From: a virus
Taxonomy: Duplodnaviria > Caudoviricetes
IMG/VR virus record: IMGVR_UViG_3300032280_000442
Location: 96,001-160,000 of that record
Direction: 5' to 3' (one strand)
Length of the DNA: 64,000 nucleotides
The notes beneath the pieces were generated by a model that did no database searches, was not told the origin of the DNA, and worked only from the letters and a program-made list of their open reading frames with translations. Below are positions 1 through 7,927 of the stretch, piece after piece. Each line of letters begins with the position of its first letter. The first letter of the stretch is position 1. A program made the translations under genes and the position numbers.

Positions 1-352
1 CCATTTTGGCAACATCTCTGGCAGAAGTGTCACGACCACCACTATAAAATAACTCAGCTAAATCCTCTCTATCTTTAATTTCTAAATAATACCCATCATC
101 TTTTATTGTTATATCATCCAATTTAGAAATACAAACTCTAAGTGTTTCTTTATCGTTTAAAACATTTAAAAGATAATTTAATATCTCCAATTGATAATCA
201 CTTAAGTTATCATCAAAAGGGTCAATATCATTTAATATATTTTGTTTTTGGAAGAAGGTAAGTATTTGTTCCATACTACCAAATATTTTTAGTAAATCGT
301 CAAATTCACCATTATTAAATTCGTCTATGTATTCTTGTAAATGTGGTTTCAT
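1..352 (-). CDS. Acidic hypothetical protein, truncated at window edge (MKPHLQEYIDEFNNG...)
   Basis: Read manually: ATG at 352, open frame to window start, 2 nt after stop of 355..873. Confidence 0.75.
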   Translation of the reverse strand, partial: MKPHLQEYIDEFNNGEFDDLLKIFGSMEQILTFFQKQNILNDIDPFDDNLSDYQLEILNYLLNVLNDKETLRVCISKLDDITIKDDGYYLEIKDREDLAELFYSGGRDTSARDVAKM

Positions 353-354
353 AA

Positions 355-873
355 TTATTGTTGACTTATGTATTCTGAATCAAAAATTATTTTAATTCCT
401 GTTTTTGATGTTATGTTCTCTTTAAAATAATCGTTTATACCCCACTGAACCTCGTCACTAACTTCCCATCCGTAATCGTCATCATTTAACGCATCTTCTA
501 ATGTTCTATTCTCACCATTTGAAACGGTAACTGTTCCCGACAAGTCATTAACTTTTACACTAACAACTACATTTGGTTTCTTTTCATCCAATTCCCAATA
601 ATCAATGTCATCCACCTCAAAGAAGAAATCGTATCCTCCATACTCATCTATATGATGGGGATTCTGAAGTAATAAGGTTTTAGCAAGTTCTTTAGATTCT
701 TCCTCTCCTCTCCACTCAATTAAGTATTTGTAGGCTTCATCGTAACTAGTAATACCCTCTCTATTATCCAACTTAAACATATTGATAAATTGATTGTCAA
801 TTTCACCCCCAAACTTATCAAAGTATTTGAATATAAAGTTCTTATATTTAGATTCCGTTATTATTAATTTCAT
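355..873 (-). CDS. Hypothetical protein with N-terminal IITE leader
   Basis: 172 aa ORF starting MKLIITESKY; TATTTATA upstream at 901-908. Confidence 0.8.
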   Translation of the reverse strand: MKLIITESKYKNFIFKYFDKFGGEIDNQFINMFKLDNREGITSYDEAYKYLIEWRGEEESKELAKTLLLQNPHHIDEYGGYDFFFEVDDIDYWELDEKKPNVVVSVKVNDLSGTVTVSNGENRTLEDALNDDDYGWEVSDEVQWGINDYFKENITSKTGIKIIFDSEYISQQ

Positions 874-923
874 TTATTATTTAGTTTCTTAAATTATAAT
901 TATAAATAGTTAAAACTACAGAA

Positions 924-1274
924 ATGGCACACCCGCTTTTACATTCAAAATCATCCGCCAAAAAATTTGGTGGTATTCCGGAGGATTATATCCATTTACA
1001 TAATTGGTTAGACGAGACTAAAGGATGGTATGGACATTCATTACATAGAATGTTTAGACATCATTCTGAGGGGATATTTGAGATGGAACGACTCTTTGGT
1101 CAATCATTTATAAATAGTGACGGAAAAGTCGTCTATACACGTTATGTGGGAGAACAACACGTAAAAGAGGATTGTTATAATTATATCCCTACAGCCCGTG
1201 AGTGGATACTAGCAATAGATGCTAAAGAAAAACCTATGTGGATGATAAGGACACTAGACATTAATGTAGATTAA
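924..1274 (+). CDS. DUF6915-like His-rich protein
   Basis: MAHPLLHSKSSAKKFGG..DY..LHNWLDETK..HRMFRHHSEGIF..E..FG..VGEQHVKED pattern. Confidence 0.75.
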   Translation: MAHPLLHSKSSAKKFGGIPEDYIHLHNWLDETKGWYGHSLHRMFRHHSEGIFEMERLFGQSFINSDGKVVYTRYVGEQHVKEDCYNYIPTAREWILAIDAKEKPMWMIRTLDINVD

Positions 1275-1297
1275 CATATTTATAATAAAAAAGATTT

Positions 1298-1999
1298 ATG
1301 CAACCACAAGTTACTGAAGAACAATTAAAATCATTAAAACTATTCGCTCTTTATCTAAACTCATATGGAGCTGAAACGGCAACTAAAGATTATTATATAG
1401 AATATTGTCAGATTGAATATGAAGATGATTATTTTCGTTCACCCGAAACAAGTATACCAATCGAAACTTATAAAAAAATTGATGAAGTTTTAAAAGAAAT
1501 ACTTGAAACTAATGAATTAATTGAAAATGCCACCACAGATTGTGAGCTTAGAGGACAATTAGAGATTGAAATTGATTGCATTGAAAGAACATTAACAGCG
1601 TCCGCAACTCAATGGGAATTTGAAAGTAACGGATTTGAGTTTTCAAAAACTTTAGAAGAAATTTCTGAAGATTATAGTGAAGAAACATATAACGAAGTTT
1701 TAAGGATATTTGAACTGATTGGTGAAAATGGTGAAGGTGAAGCAAGATTTCAAGGTGGTGGTGATAGTGGGTCTTTAGATGGCGATATGTATATCAACGG
1801 GTCATCTGAAGATTTACCAAAACTTATTGAAGATATGTTATATCACTGGTTAGAAGAAACTGATGTAGATTGGTATAACAACGAAGGTGGTCAAGGTAGT
1901 TTTATATTTAGTCCAAAAAATTCAGAAATTTATTTAAATTTAGAACAAAACTATGAAGAAAATGTAACAACACCAATGAACTTTGAAATACATTTCTAA
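1298..1999 (+). CDS. DUF6878-like acidic protein
   Basis: C-terminal FQGGGDSG and DWYNNEGGQG motifs; follows DUF6915-like gene. Confidence 0.65.
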   Translation: MQPQVTEEQLKSLKLFALYLNSYGAETATKDYYIEYCQIEYEDDYFRSPETSIPIETYKKIDEVLKEILETNELIENATTDCELRGQLEIEIDCIERTLTASATQWEFESNGFEFSKTLEEISEDYSEETYNEVLRIFELIGENGEGEARFQGGGDSGSLDGDMYINGSSEDLPKLIEDMLYHWLEETDVDWYNNEGGQGSFIFSPKNSEIYLNLEQNYEENVTTPMNFEIHF

Positions 2000-2000
2000 A

Positions 2001-2090
2001 AATACAAAACCCCCTGATTTCTCGAGGGTTTCTATAGTCAGGTTGGAAGTTTAATAAGTAAGTTAAAAGAGCTTTATGTTTTGACAAATT
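2001..2090. repeat. Imperfect direct repeat copy 1 (terminator plus 3' half of ncRNA); copy 2 at ~3014-3105
   Basis: tatagtcaggttggaagtt at 2033 and 3051, then taaaagag.ttta.gttttgac in both; both preceded by an aaaccc..agggttt hairpin. Confidence 0.85.
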
Positions 2091-2155
2091 AATGTTTTTT
2101 ATTATATTTACAAATATATGAATAAAAATAACAAATAAAATTAAAAAAAAAAATT

Positions 2156-2998
2156 ATGAAAAACTTAAAATTTTACATTTTTGGACTTTTGTTCTTGTCC
2201 TTAAATTTTATATCTTGTAACAAAGATGAAAATCTAAATCTAAATGTTGATAAACAATTAATCACTACTTCATCAAAAATTGATTTAACTAATGAATTAG
2301 ATTTTAACTCGGGTATTGATGTTTCAAACAACTATTCAAGTTATAGTAATAGATTAAATACAATTTCGCAATCAAATTCTGTATTATCTTGTGCAACAGT
2401 AACTGTTAATAATCCAACTCCCGGTGTTTTTCCAAAATCTTTTACGGTTGATTTTGGTACAGGTTGTAATAACAACGGAATAACTCGTTCCGGAATTATA
2501 ACTATAACAATTTCTAATTACATATTAAATAGTGGTAGTATAATGACCATCCAAAGAGGAAATAATTATTATGTAAATGGTGAAAAAATAGAAGGAACTA
2601 TTGTTTATGAAAATACCACTGTAAACCCTAATATTCCACAATGGACTAGAACTATAACAAACGGAAAAATTACTACTTCGTCAGGTATAGTATTTAATCA
2701 TTACGGAACAAGAACAGTTAAACAAATAGAGGGAGCAAATACATTAATTTTTGTAGACAACATTTATGAAATAACTTCAGGTAATCATACAATAATTAAA
2801 GAAGGTGGTTTTCCATTAAATATTACTGTTGTTGAACCATTAATTAAAAAATATACTTGTAATAATATTTCACAAGGAAAATTAAAACTACTTGGAAGTT
2901 TTTTAGATGGTATTTTAGATTATGGAAATAATCAATGTGATAATTTAGCTACTTACACACACTCTAATGGTAGTGCATATAACATAACATTAAATTAA
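2156..2998 (+). CDS. Bacteroidota-type surface lipoprotein
   Basis: Signal peptide II ending FISC followed by NKDE export-signal-like residues; TVDFGTGC..RSG.I and DYGNNQCDN motifs typical of Flavobacteriia lipoproteins. Confidence 0.8.
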   Translation: MKNLKFYIFGLLFLSLNFISCNKDENLNLNVDKQLITTSSKIDLTNELDFNSGIDVSNNYSSYSNRLNTISQSNSVLSCATVTVNNPTPGVFPKSFTVDFGTGCNNNGITRSGIITITISNYILNSGSIMTIQRGNNYYVNGEKIEGTIVYENTTVNPNIPQWTRTITNGKITTSSGIVFNHYGTRTVKQIEGANTLIFVDNIYEITSGNHTIIKEGGFPLNITVVEPLIKKYTCNNISQGKLKLLGSFLDGILDYGNNQCDNLATYTHSNGSAYNITLN

Positions 2999-3019
2999 TT
3001 CATAACAAATTAAAAATAC

Positions 3020-3051
3020 AAAAAACCCTCACCAAAAGTGAGGGTTTTTTT
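3020..3051. terminator. Bidirectional intrinsic terminator
   Basis: aaaaaaccctcac-caaaa-gtgagggttttttt between convergent units. Confidence 0.85.
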
Positions 3052-3052
3052 A

Positions 3053-3244
3053 TAGTCAGGTTGGAAGTTCAATAATAAAATTCTAAAAGAGTTTTAAGTT
3101 TTGACCGTTTAGGTTTGAAAATTTGAATATTGAGGTTTTAATGTCCGTCTTTATCACAATCATTTATCAATGCTCTCTGAATAATTTGTAAGGAAATGGT
3201 AGTTACCATCTTGTCTTATTAAATCCCTCCCGAACTCTGAACTA
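3053..3244 (-). ncRNA. Putative structured ncRNA (~190 nt) at end of DIP1984-like operon
   Basis: No ORF; 5' UAGUUCAGAGUUCGGGAG pairs with 3' CUUCCAACCUGACUA; UUUAAUAA/UUAUUGAA stem; AUGGU-AACU-ACCAU hairpin; heptad-repeat loop; ends at terminator. Confidence 0.6.
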
Positions 3245-3430
3245 TACTTTAGGAACCCCACACTCGAAACAAGTTTTAACAATGATAAAATATCCACCTT
3301 CGTTATACAACTTCAAATATTCCTCAGGGTTTTCCGGCTTAACATATTTGGTTGGTCTTAGATAAGTTCTCTCAACCGGTTTTTCTATATGACAAAAATC
3401 ACATTCGTCAAACTCCACACTACCACTCAT
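3242..3430 (-). CDS. Small zinc-ribbon protein
   Basis: CDFC and CFEC; likely start MSGSVEF at 3430, just after the upstream stop. Confidence 0.7.
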   Translation of the reverse strand: MSGSVEFDECDFCHIEKPVERTYLRPTKYVKPENPEEYLKLYNEGGYFIIVKTCFECGVPKV

Positions 3431-3431
3431 A

Positions 3432-3869
3432 TTATATTTCGGTGATTTGGTTATGGTTATCCAAAATATCCTGAAGGTCTTCAATCTGACCCTCCATAAT
3501 TTTAACCATCTCATCTCTATCAACCACTGATACCTCAGCAGTTTTTACCGGTGGATTCTCTCTATTTCGTGAGTAGTAATCAGTACTCACACCTTCTGTA
3601 CAATCCAAAGATTTTAATCTTGCAATTGTAGATTTTAATTCAGACAATCTGAATATTTTATCATACACCGGAGTGTTAGCCTTGTGGATTTTGGTTTTAA
3701 GTTCCACCAACTCATTACTTTTCTCATTGATTTGCTCAAGCATATCTTTAGGAGAATATGGTCTCACATTTCCAACCTCAACTGAATTGTACTGAGACAA
3801 TCTAGCGTAAAGTTCTTGGATTTCTTTAACCAATCGGTTTTTTTCTTTTAACGATTTCTTTACGTTCAT
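3432..3869 (-). CDS. DIP1984/DUF6847-like coiled-coil protein
   Basis: Family pattern: N-terminal helix, V.VG, KIHKAN, YYSR..E, V.V, LQDILDNHNQITEI C-terminus; 145 aa. Confidence 0.7.
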   Translation of the reverse strand: MNVKKSLKEKNRLVKEIQELYARLSQYNSVEVGNVRPYSPKDMLEQINEKSNELVELKTKIHKANTPVYDKIFRLSELKSTIARLKSLDCTEGVSTDYYSRNRENPPVKTAEVSVVDRDEMVKIMEGQIEDLQDILDNHNQITEI

Positions 3870-3921
3870 AAATTTGTTTTATTTGTTTAACTAATATAAT
3901 CTATTTTTTTCTAAAGTCAAA

Positions 3922-4260
3922 TTACCACACCTCATATGCACAAGTTTTAAACTCACTACCCCTTAATTCTTTAATGGAATCATCAATAGGCGTAACTATG
4001 TGTTTCTGAAAATCATCCGGTTTCATTAAAACTCCTTCTACAAATCCAAATGTTTTAGCAATACCATTTATTACCAACACCATATTATCAGTTTGATAAT
4101 CATCAGGTATTAAATTTGTTAAAACAATAAAATACTCTCTTGTATCAGGATATGACCAATGTAAATAAAAAAAACGATAGTCAGGGTGTCTCCTTAACTC
4201 AGGAAACTCCTTATACACCTCTTTTAAAATTAACTGTAATCGTTTAGGATATGGATTCAT
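3922..4260 (-). CDS. Hypothetical protein
   Basis: 112 aa ORF immediately after a Bacteroidota promoter. Confidence 0.7.
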   Translation of the reverse strand: MNPYPKRLQLILKEVYKEFPELRRHPDYRFFYLHWSYPDTREYFIVLTNLIPDDYQTDNMVLVINGIAKTFGFVEGVLMKPDDFQKHIVTPIDDSIKELRGSEFKTCAYEVW

Positions 4261-4264
4261 ACGA

Positions 4265-4295
4265 CAAAGATAATACTTTATTTTATATAAACAAA
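4265..4295 (-). promoter_or_regulatory. Bacteroidota sigmaA promoter (-33 TTTG, -7 TATCTTTG)
   Basis: TTTG 4292-4295, 19-nt spacer, TATCTTTG 4265-4272. Confidence 0.8.
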
Positions 4296-4321
4296 AAAAG
4301 GAACCAAATGTTCCTTTTTTT
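4293..4321. terminator. Intrinsic terminator
   Basis: aaaaaaaggaac-caaat-gttccttttttt. Confidence 0.8.
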
Positions 4322-4327
4322 AATCTA

Positions 4328-5068
4328 TTACATTATGTAGTTTAAAACCCACTCACCGTCCCACTTTTTAACTTGAGATTTAGGAACCCAAAATTCCATT
4401 TCACCAATCTCTTCAACTCTTCTCAAATAATCCTCACGGAATCTATCAGCTTGACTTATGTCAGTGATATATGGGATTCTCATATGTTTTGCGCAAGTTT
4501 TTCCAACACCTGTCAACATTGAAAACTCATCAGTCAATGTTTTAGCACAACATCTACAAATTTTATTTCTACCTGTTGTCATTTTACCTGAGAACTTAAA
4601 CGCCTTTGGTGAAACCGCTAACAACTTAGTAATGTCAATAACCATTGGGTTAAATTCTAATCCGTAAGTTTCTTTCATTTGTTGCCCAATTTTACGTCCA
4701 ACAGTTACAGTATCACCCGGAGTAGGAATTTTGAAATTACGAGTGTTCTCTTTATCGTTATCCTTTTGGATTTGTGTCAACACCGCATTTACTTGTTTAT
4801 CGGATAATGTTCCGTATTTAAGTAACTTCCCTTTGATTTCATTAACGAAATTATTTGGACCATCATATTTAGCAATCTTCTGTAAGTCTTCTGACATTAC
4901 CTCAACATTAACTGTTTGAACACCTTTTAACGCTTTCTCAGCAGATTCAAGTTGTTTTGGTGTTAATGAACCCCATCTTTCTAAAGATGATTTAAGATTT
5001 AATAAGAATTTGTTAGAACCTTGATAATTTCTAACTTTTGATGTCGTTGATGTAGTGGTAGTTGTCAT
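4328..5068 (-). CDS. Protein with two GxL(T/S)xKQ repeats and DUF6011-like Zn finger
   Basis: WGSLTPKQ and YGTLSDKQ repeats; CRCCAKTLTDEFSMLTGVGKTCA; start reassigned to MTTTT at 5068 downstream of promoter. Confidence 0.65.
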   Translation of the reverse strand: MTTTTTSTTSKVRNYQGSNKFLLNLKSSLERWGSLTPKQLESAEKALKGVQTVNVEVMSEDLQKIAKYDGPNNFVNEIKGKLLKYGTLSDKQVNAVLTQIQKDNDKENTRNFKIPTPGDTVTVGRKIGQQMKETYGLEFNPMVIDITKLLAVSPKAFKFSGKMTTGRNKICRCCAKTLTDEFSMLTGVGKTCAKHMRIPYITDISQADRFREDYLRRVEEIGEMEFWVPKSQVKKWDGEWVLNYIM

Positions 5069-5089
5069 AGTATATCTGTTTTGTGAGTA

Positions 5090-5120
5090 CAAAGATAATA
5101 CTATTTTTTAACTTACCAAA
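5090..5120 (-). promoter_or_regulatory. Bacteroidota sigmaA promoter
   Basis: TTTG 5117-5120, N19, TATCTTTG 5090-5097. Confidence 0.8.
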
Positions 5121-5127
5121 CTTTTAT

Positions 5128-5160
5128 AAAAAAAAAAGGAACTAATTGTTCCTTTATTTT
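5128..5160. terminator. Intrinsic terminator
   Basis: aaaggaac-taatt-gttccttt with A/T tails. Confidence 0.75.
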
Positions 5161-6083
5161 TAATCCACTAATTCTATTTCTGTGTTGTCATCCGTTAAAT
5201 AGTTCGGATAAGTTCTTAATACATCCCATTTAATTGTTTTCATAATATCATTCAACAATACAGGATTGTCTCTAAAATTAGAATCCGGAATCATTTTTCT
5301 ATCAATCATTTTACCAGCTTTAAGAACCTCAACAGATATTTTAATTTTACCATCAACATCTTCAATATCTTTAATCATAAAATTAACTCTAACCGCATCA
5401 TTACCAAAACCACCACTAATTAATTTTGATTGATTAGTTACTTTATCTTTAGACCTGACAAAGTTTGAAACTCTATCAGTTTTAACTCTATCAATATTAT
5501 AACTACCATTTATAAGACGTTCCATTTCACCTTTAGTCACACTCATAACATCTGACTTTAAGTTTGAATCGTATTTAACAGGATTGACCTGACTCATTTG
5601 TTTTCTTGTGGTACTAGAATAAGTATCTAATGTTCTATACCATTGGTCATTAATAAATAAAAATATTGGATACCAACCATATGACTTAACAACATAATAC
5701 CAATCATTATTGTTATTAACGTCCCATTGACCTTCAACATTTGAACCTTTAAACGGCATCTTAGCTGTTGCATATTCATAAGCCGTGTTGTTGGTAACTT
5801 TCCGTTGTTTGAATTGTCTATAGTCCTTAAAGTTTTCTTTTGTTAGATTCTCGTAATCACCATCCGGTCTGAAGTTAGCCGTATATATTTCGTAATACAT
5901 TGTCGCCTCATTTAATGGCATCCCAAAATATCTTAACATTTCCTGAATAAACTTAATCATCTCACTTTTGGTTCCGACTTTCTGTTTATTATCATTAATG
6001 TATTTAAACAACAAAATCTCCTTTTTATTTAAAACAGGAGTTTCTTGTTCTTCACGTAATATACGTTTAATTAATTCTTTCAT
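5160..6083 (-). CDS. Hypothetical protein with ILREE leader
   Basis: 307 aa ORF starting MKELIKRILREEQE. Confidence 0.8.
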   Translation of the reverse strand: MKELIKRILREEQETPVLNKKEILLFKYINDNKQKVGTKSEMIKFIQEMLRYFGMPLNEATMYYEIYTANFRPDGDYENLTKENFKDYRQFKQRKVTNNTAYEYATAKMPFKGSNVEGQWDVNNNNDWYYVVKSYGWYPIFLFINDQWYRTLDTYSSTTRKQMSQVNPVKYDSNLKSDVMSVTKGEMERLINGSYNIDRVKTDRVSNFVRSKDKVTNQSKLISGGFGNDAVRVNFMIKDIEDVDGKIKISVEVLKAGKMIDRKMIPDSNFRDNPVLLNDIMKTIKWDVLRTYPNYLTDDNTEIELVD

Positions 6084-6084
6084 T

Positions 6085-6543
6085 TTATTTTAAGAATCTT
6101 AATTTGTATAATGTAGAGTAGATTAATTCTTGAATAGTATCAATTTGATTTTGAATAAACGATTCTTTAATAGTTTTTCTATTTTTTTCAACCATAGCAT
6201 CTAAAGCTTTAAAATATTTAATAGTTTGTTCATTACTCTTATATTCCTCCGTTTTAATTGATTTATAACCTGTAAGAACATCATATTTACCTTGATAACT
6301 TTCAATAATACCATCCACAAGTGCATCAATCCCTTCATAATACCCTTGTAGAGCTTTATGTTCTGAATATGATTTTGTTTGTAAATGAAATATATGTACT
6401 TGAGTTTGTGAATGTAATAAAATAGACACCATATCTTTAAAACCTGAGTCGGTTTTTGTGTTGTCTACTTTAATATCACCGTCTTCTTCTTGTTCTCTTA
6501 AAAATATATTTCTTTTTTTGAATTGTATTAAATTTTTTTCCAT
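6085..6543 (-). CDS. Ferritin/Dps-like protein (DUF5856-like)
   Basis: HIFHLQTKSYSEHKALQGYYEGIDALVDGIIESYQGKY...YKLRFL. Confidence 0.75.
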   Translation of the reverse strand: MEKNLIQFKKRNIFLREQEEDGDIKVDNTKTDSGFKDMVSILLHSQTQVHIFHLQTKSYSEHKALQGYYEGIDALVDGIIESYQGKYDVLTGYKSIKTEEYKSNEQTIKYFKALDAMVEKNRKTIKESFIQNQIDTIQELIYSTLYKLRFLK

Positions 6544-6544
6544 T

Positions 6545-6865
6545 TTATTTTCCTATTATCAGGTCGTCAAACCCTAGTTTATTCATTCCTCCAATTTCTT
6601 CATCATCTTTTAGTTCATCATACATATATGCTTTAACTACCGATGTAATACTTTGTTCCGCTTGGGCTATTTTACTTTCCATCCAATCGTCCAATTGTTC
6701 ATTACCTTCTTCTTCCATTCTCTCCCACATTTTCTCAGCTAACTTAGCGATGATGTATAGCTGTTGTTTCGCCATATACGAACCTTTACCTTCACCCTCT
6801 TTAATGGTTTTCATTTTGGTAACCAACTTTTCAAGTTGTTTTTCTGTTAATATAATGTCCTTCAT
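6545..6865 (-). CDS. Hypothetical protein with ILTE leader
   Basis: Start reassigned to MKDIILTEKQL; MAKQQL..LDDWMESKI..A motif; TATTTATA at 6878-6885. Confidence 0.75.
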   Translation of the reverse strand: MKDIILTEKQLEKLVTKMKTIKEGEGKGSYMAKQQLYIIAKLAEKMWERMEEEGNEQLDDWMESKIAQAEQSITSVVKAYMYDELKDDEEIGGMNKLGFDDLIIGK

Positions 6866-6896
6866 ACTTATTTTATTTATAAATATCATAGAAAGC

Positions 6897-6924
6897 AAAA
6901 AACCCCCACTTTATGTGAGGGTTA
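6897..6924 (-). terminator. Intrinsic terminator
   Basis: minus strand aaccctcac-ataaa-gtgggggtttttt. Confidence 0.75.
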
Positions 6925-6978
6925 ATTTTAGGACCGACTGAATTGTCGGCGACTCCACCATCCTATCTTTAAAGAGAA

Positions 6979-7482
6979 TTAGGAAAACTCCGCAGTTGAT
7001 GATACTCTTAGACCATCAATTTCTTTATCATAATAATTTGATATATTAATAAAACTTGGTCTGTAATCAGGTTTTTTACTTTGTTCCAAAACGTAATTTT
7101 CATCCAACACATAACCATCCGGTTGACTCCACTCCAACGCCATCTTAATGAATTCTTCAACATTTTGTAATTCACCATATTCATCGATAATTCTACCTGA
7201 ACGAATGAACTTTAATAGCTCTTCCTTATTAATGTAGTATTTACCTTCTTGGAAGTTCCATAAAAATTTCCAACCTAAACTTCTCTTTCCTATATGAATT
7301 TTCATACCATCAAGGAATTCATCCCAAGCGGACCATTTCTCAAAACCTTTATCAGTGGTTCTAAAACCATTATAAATGTTCTCCGGACTCCATATATCCA
7401 AATCATTTATCTTCTCTACTAAGTCAAGGTATTTAATTCTAACCTCACCTGATTTTGGTATTCTGTAATAATTAGTTGACAT
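6979..7482 (-). CDS. Hypothetical phage protein
   Basis: MSTNYY...IHIGKRSLGWKFLW...IIDEYG pattern of a common phage family of unknown function. Confidence 0.8.
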   Translation of the reverse strand: MSTNYYRIPKSGEVRIKYLDLVEKINDLDIWSPENIYNGFRTTDKGFEKWSAWDEFLDGMKIHIGKRSLGWKFLWNFQEGKYYINKEELLKFIRSGRIIDEYGELQNVEEFIKMALEWSQPDGYVLDENYVLEQSKKPDYRPSFINISNYYDKEIDGLRVSSTAEFS

Positions 7483-7492
7483 ATCTTTTTAA

Positions 7493-7768
7493 TTATTTAG
7501 TTACTAACGCTTCTACTTTACTTCTCATATGGTCCGCCAACGACATCTCAAATGTTGATGTTACGATTATCGAATCCACTAAATATTTGTGTGGAACGTG
7601 AATTAAGAAGTCACTCCCGTTGAAGAAAGTCAAATCATTTTTCAGTTCAAGACAACCCTGAACCATCTTCAAGAATAACTTAAATTGGATTGCATCCACG
7701 AATGTTTCGTGTAATAGTTTCCCGAACTTCTCGTTCTCAATTCTAATGGTGTAATTTGATGTAGTCAT
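7493..7768 (-). CDS. Hypothetical protein
   Basis: 91 aa ORF after Bacteroidota promoter. Confidence 0.75.
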   Translation of the reverse strand: MTTSNYTIRIENEKFGKLLHETFVDAIQFKLFLKMVQGCLELKNDLTFFNGSDFLIHVPHKYLVDSIIVTSTFEMSLADHMRSKVEALVTK

Positions 7769-7788
7769 ATCTATATGTTTTGTGAGTA

Positions 7789-7819
7789 CAAATATAATAC
7801 TTTTATTTTAATAAACAAA
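7789..7819 (-). promoter_or_regulatory. Bacteroidota sigmaA promoter
   Basis: TTTG 7816-7819, N19, TATATTTG 7789-7796. Confidence 0.8.
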
Positions 7820-7895
7820 AAAAACCTCAACAAATTTTACTCTGTTGAGGTTTTAATAACACCAGCTATAAAGAAAGGGGCTGTTGGCTTATGAG
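7817..7895 (-). ncRNA. Putative small RNA (~75 nt)
   Basis: TATTTATA at 7898-7905, hairpin CAGC-CCCUUUCUUUAUA-GCUG, then terminator AAAACCUCAACA..UGUUGAGGUUUUUU; no ORF. Confidence 0.5.
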
Positions 7896-7927
7896 ATTAT
7901 AAATATACAATAAAATTAAAAAAGTTA

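Noticed and set aside
6929-6965. CTCCACCA considered as a tRNA or tmRNA gene
   Set aside because: No cloverleaf or T-loop; kept only as an unexplained hairpin
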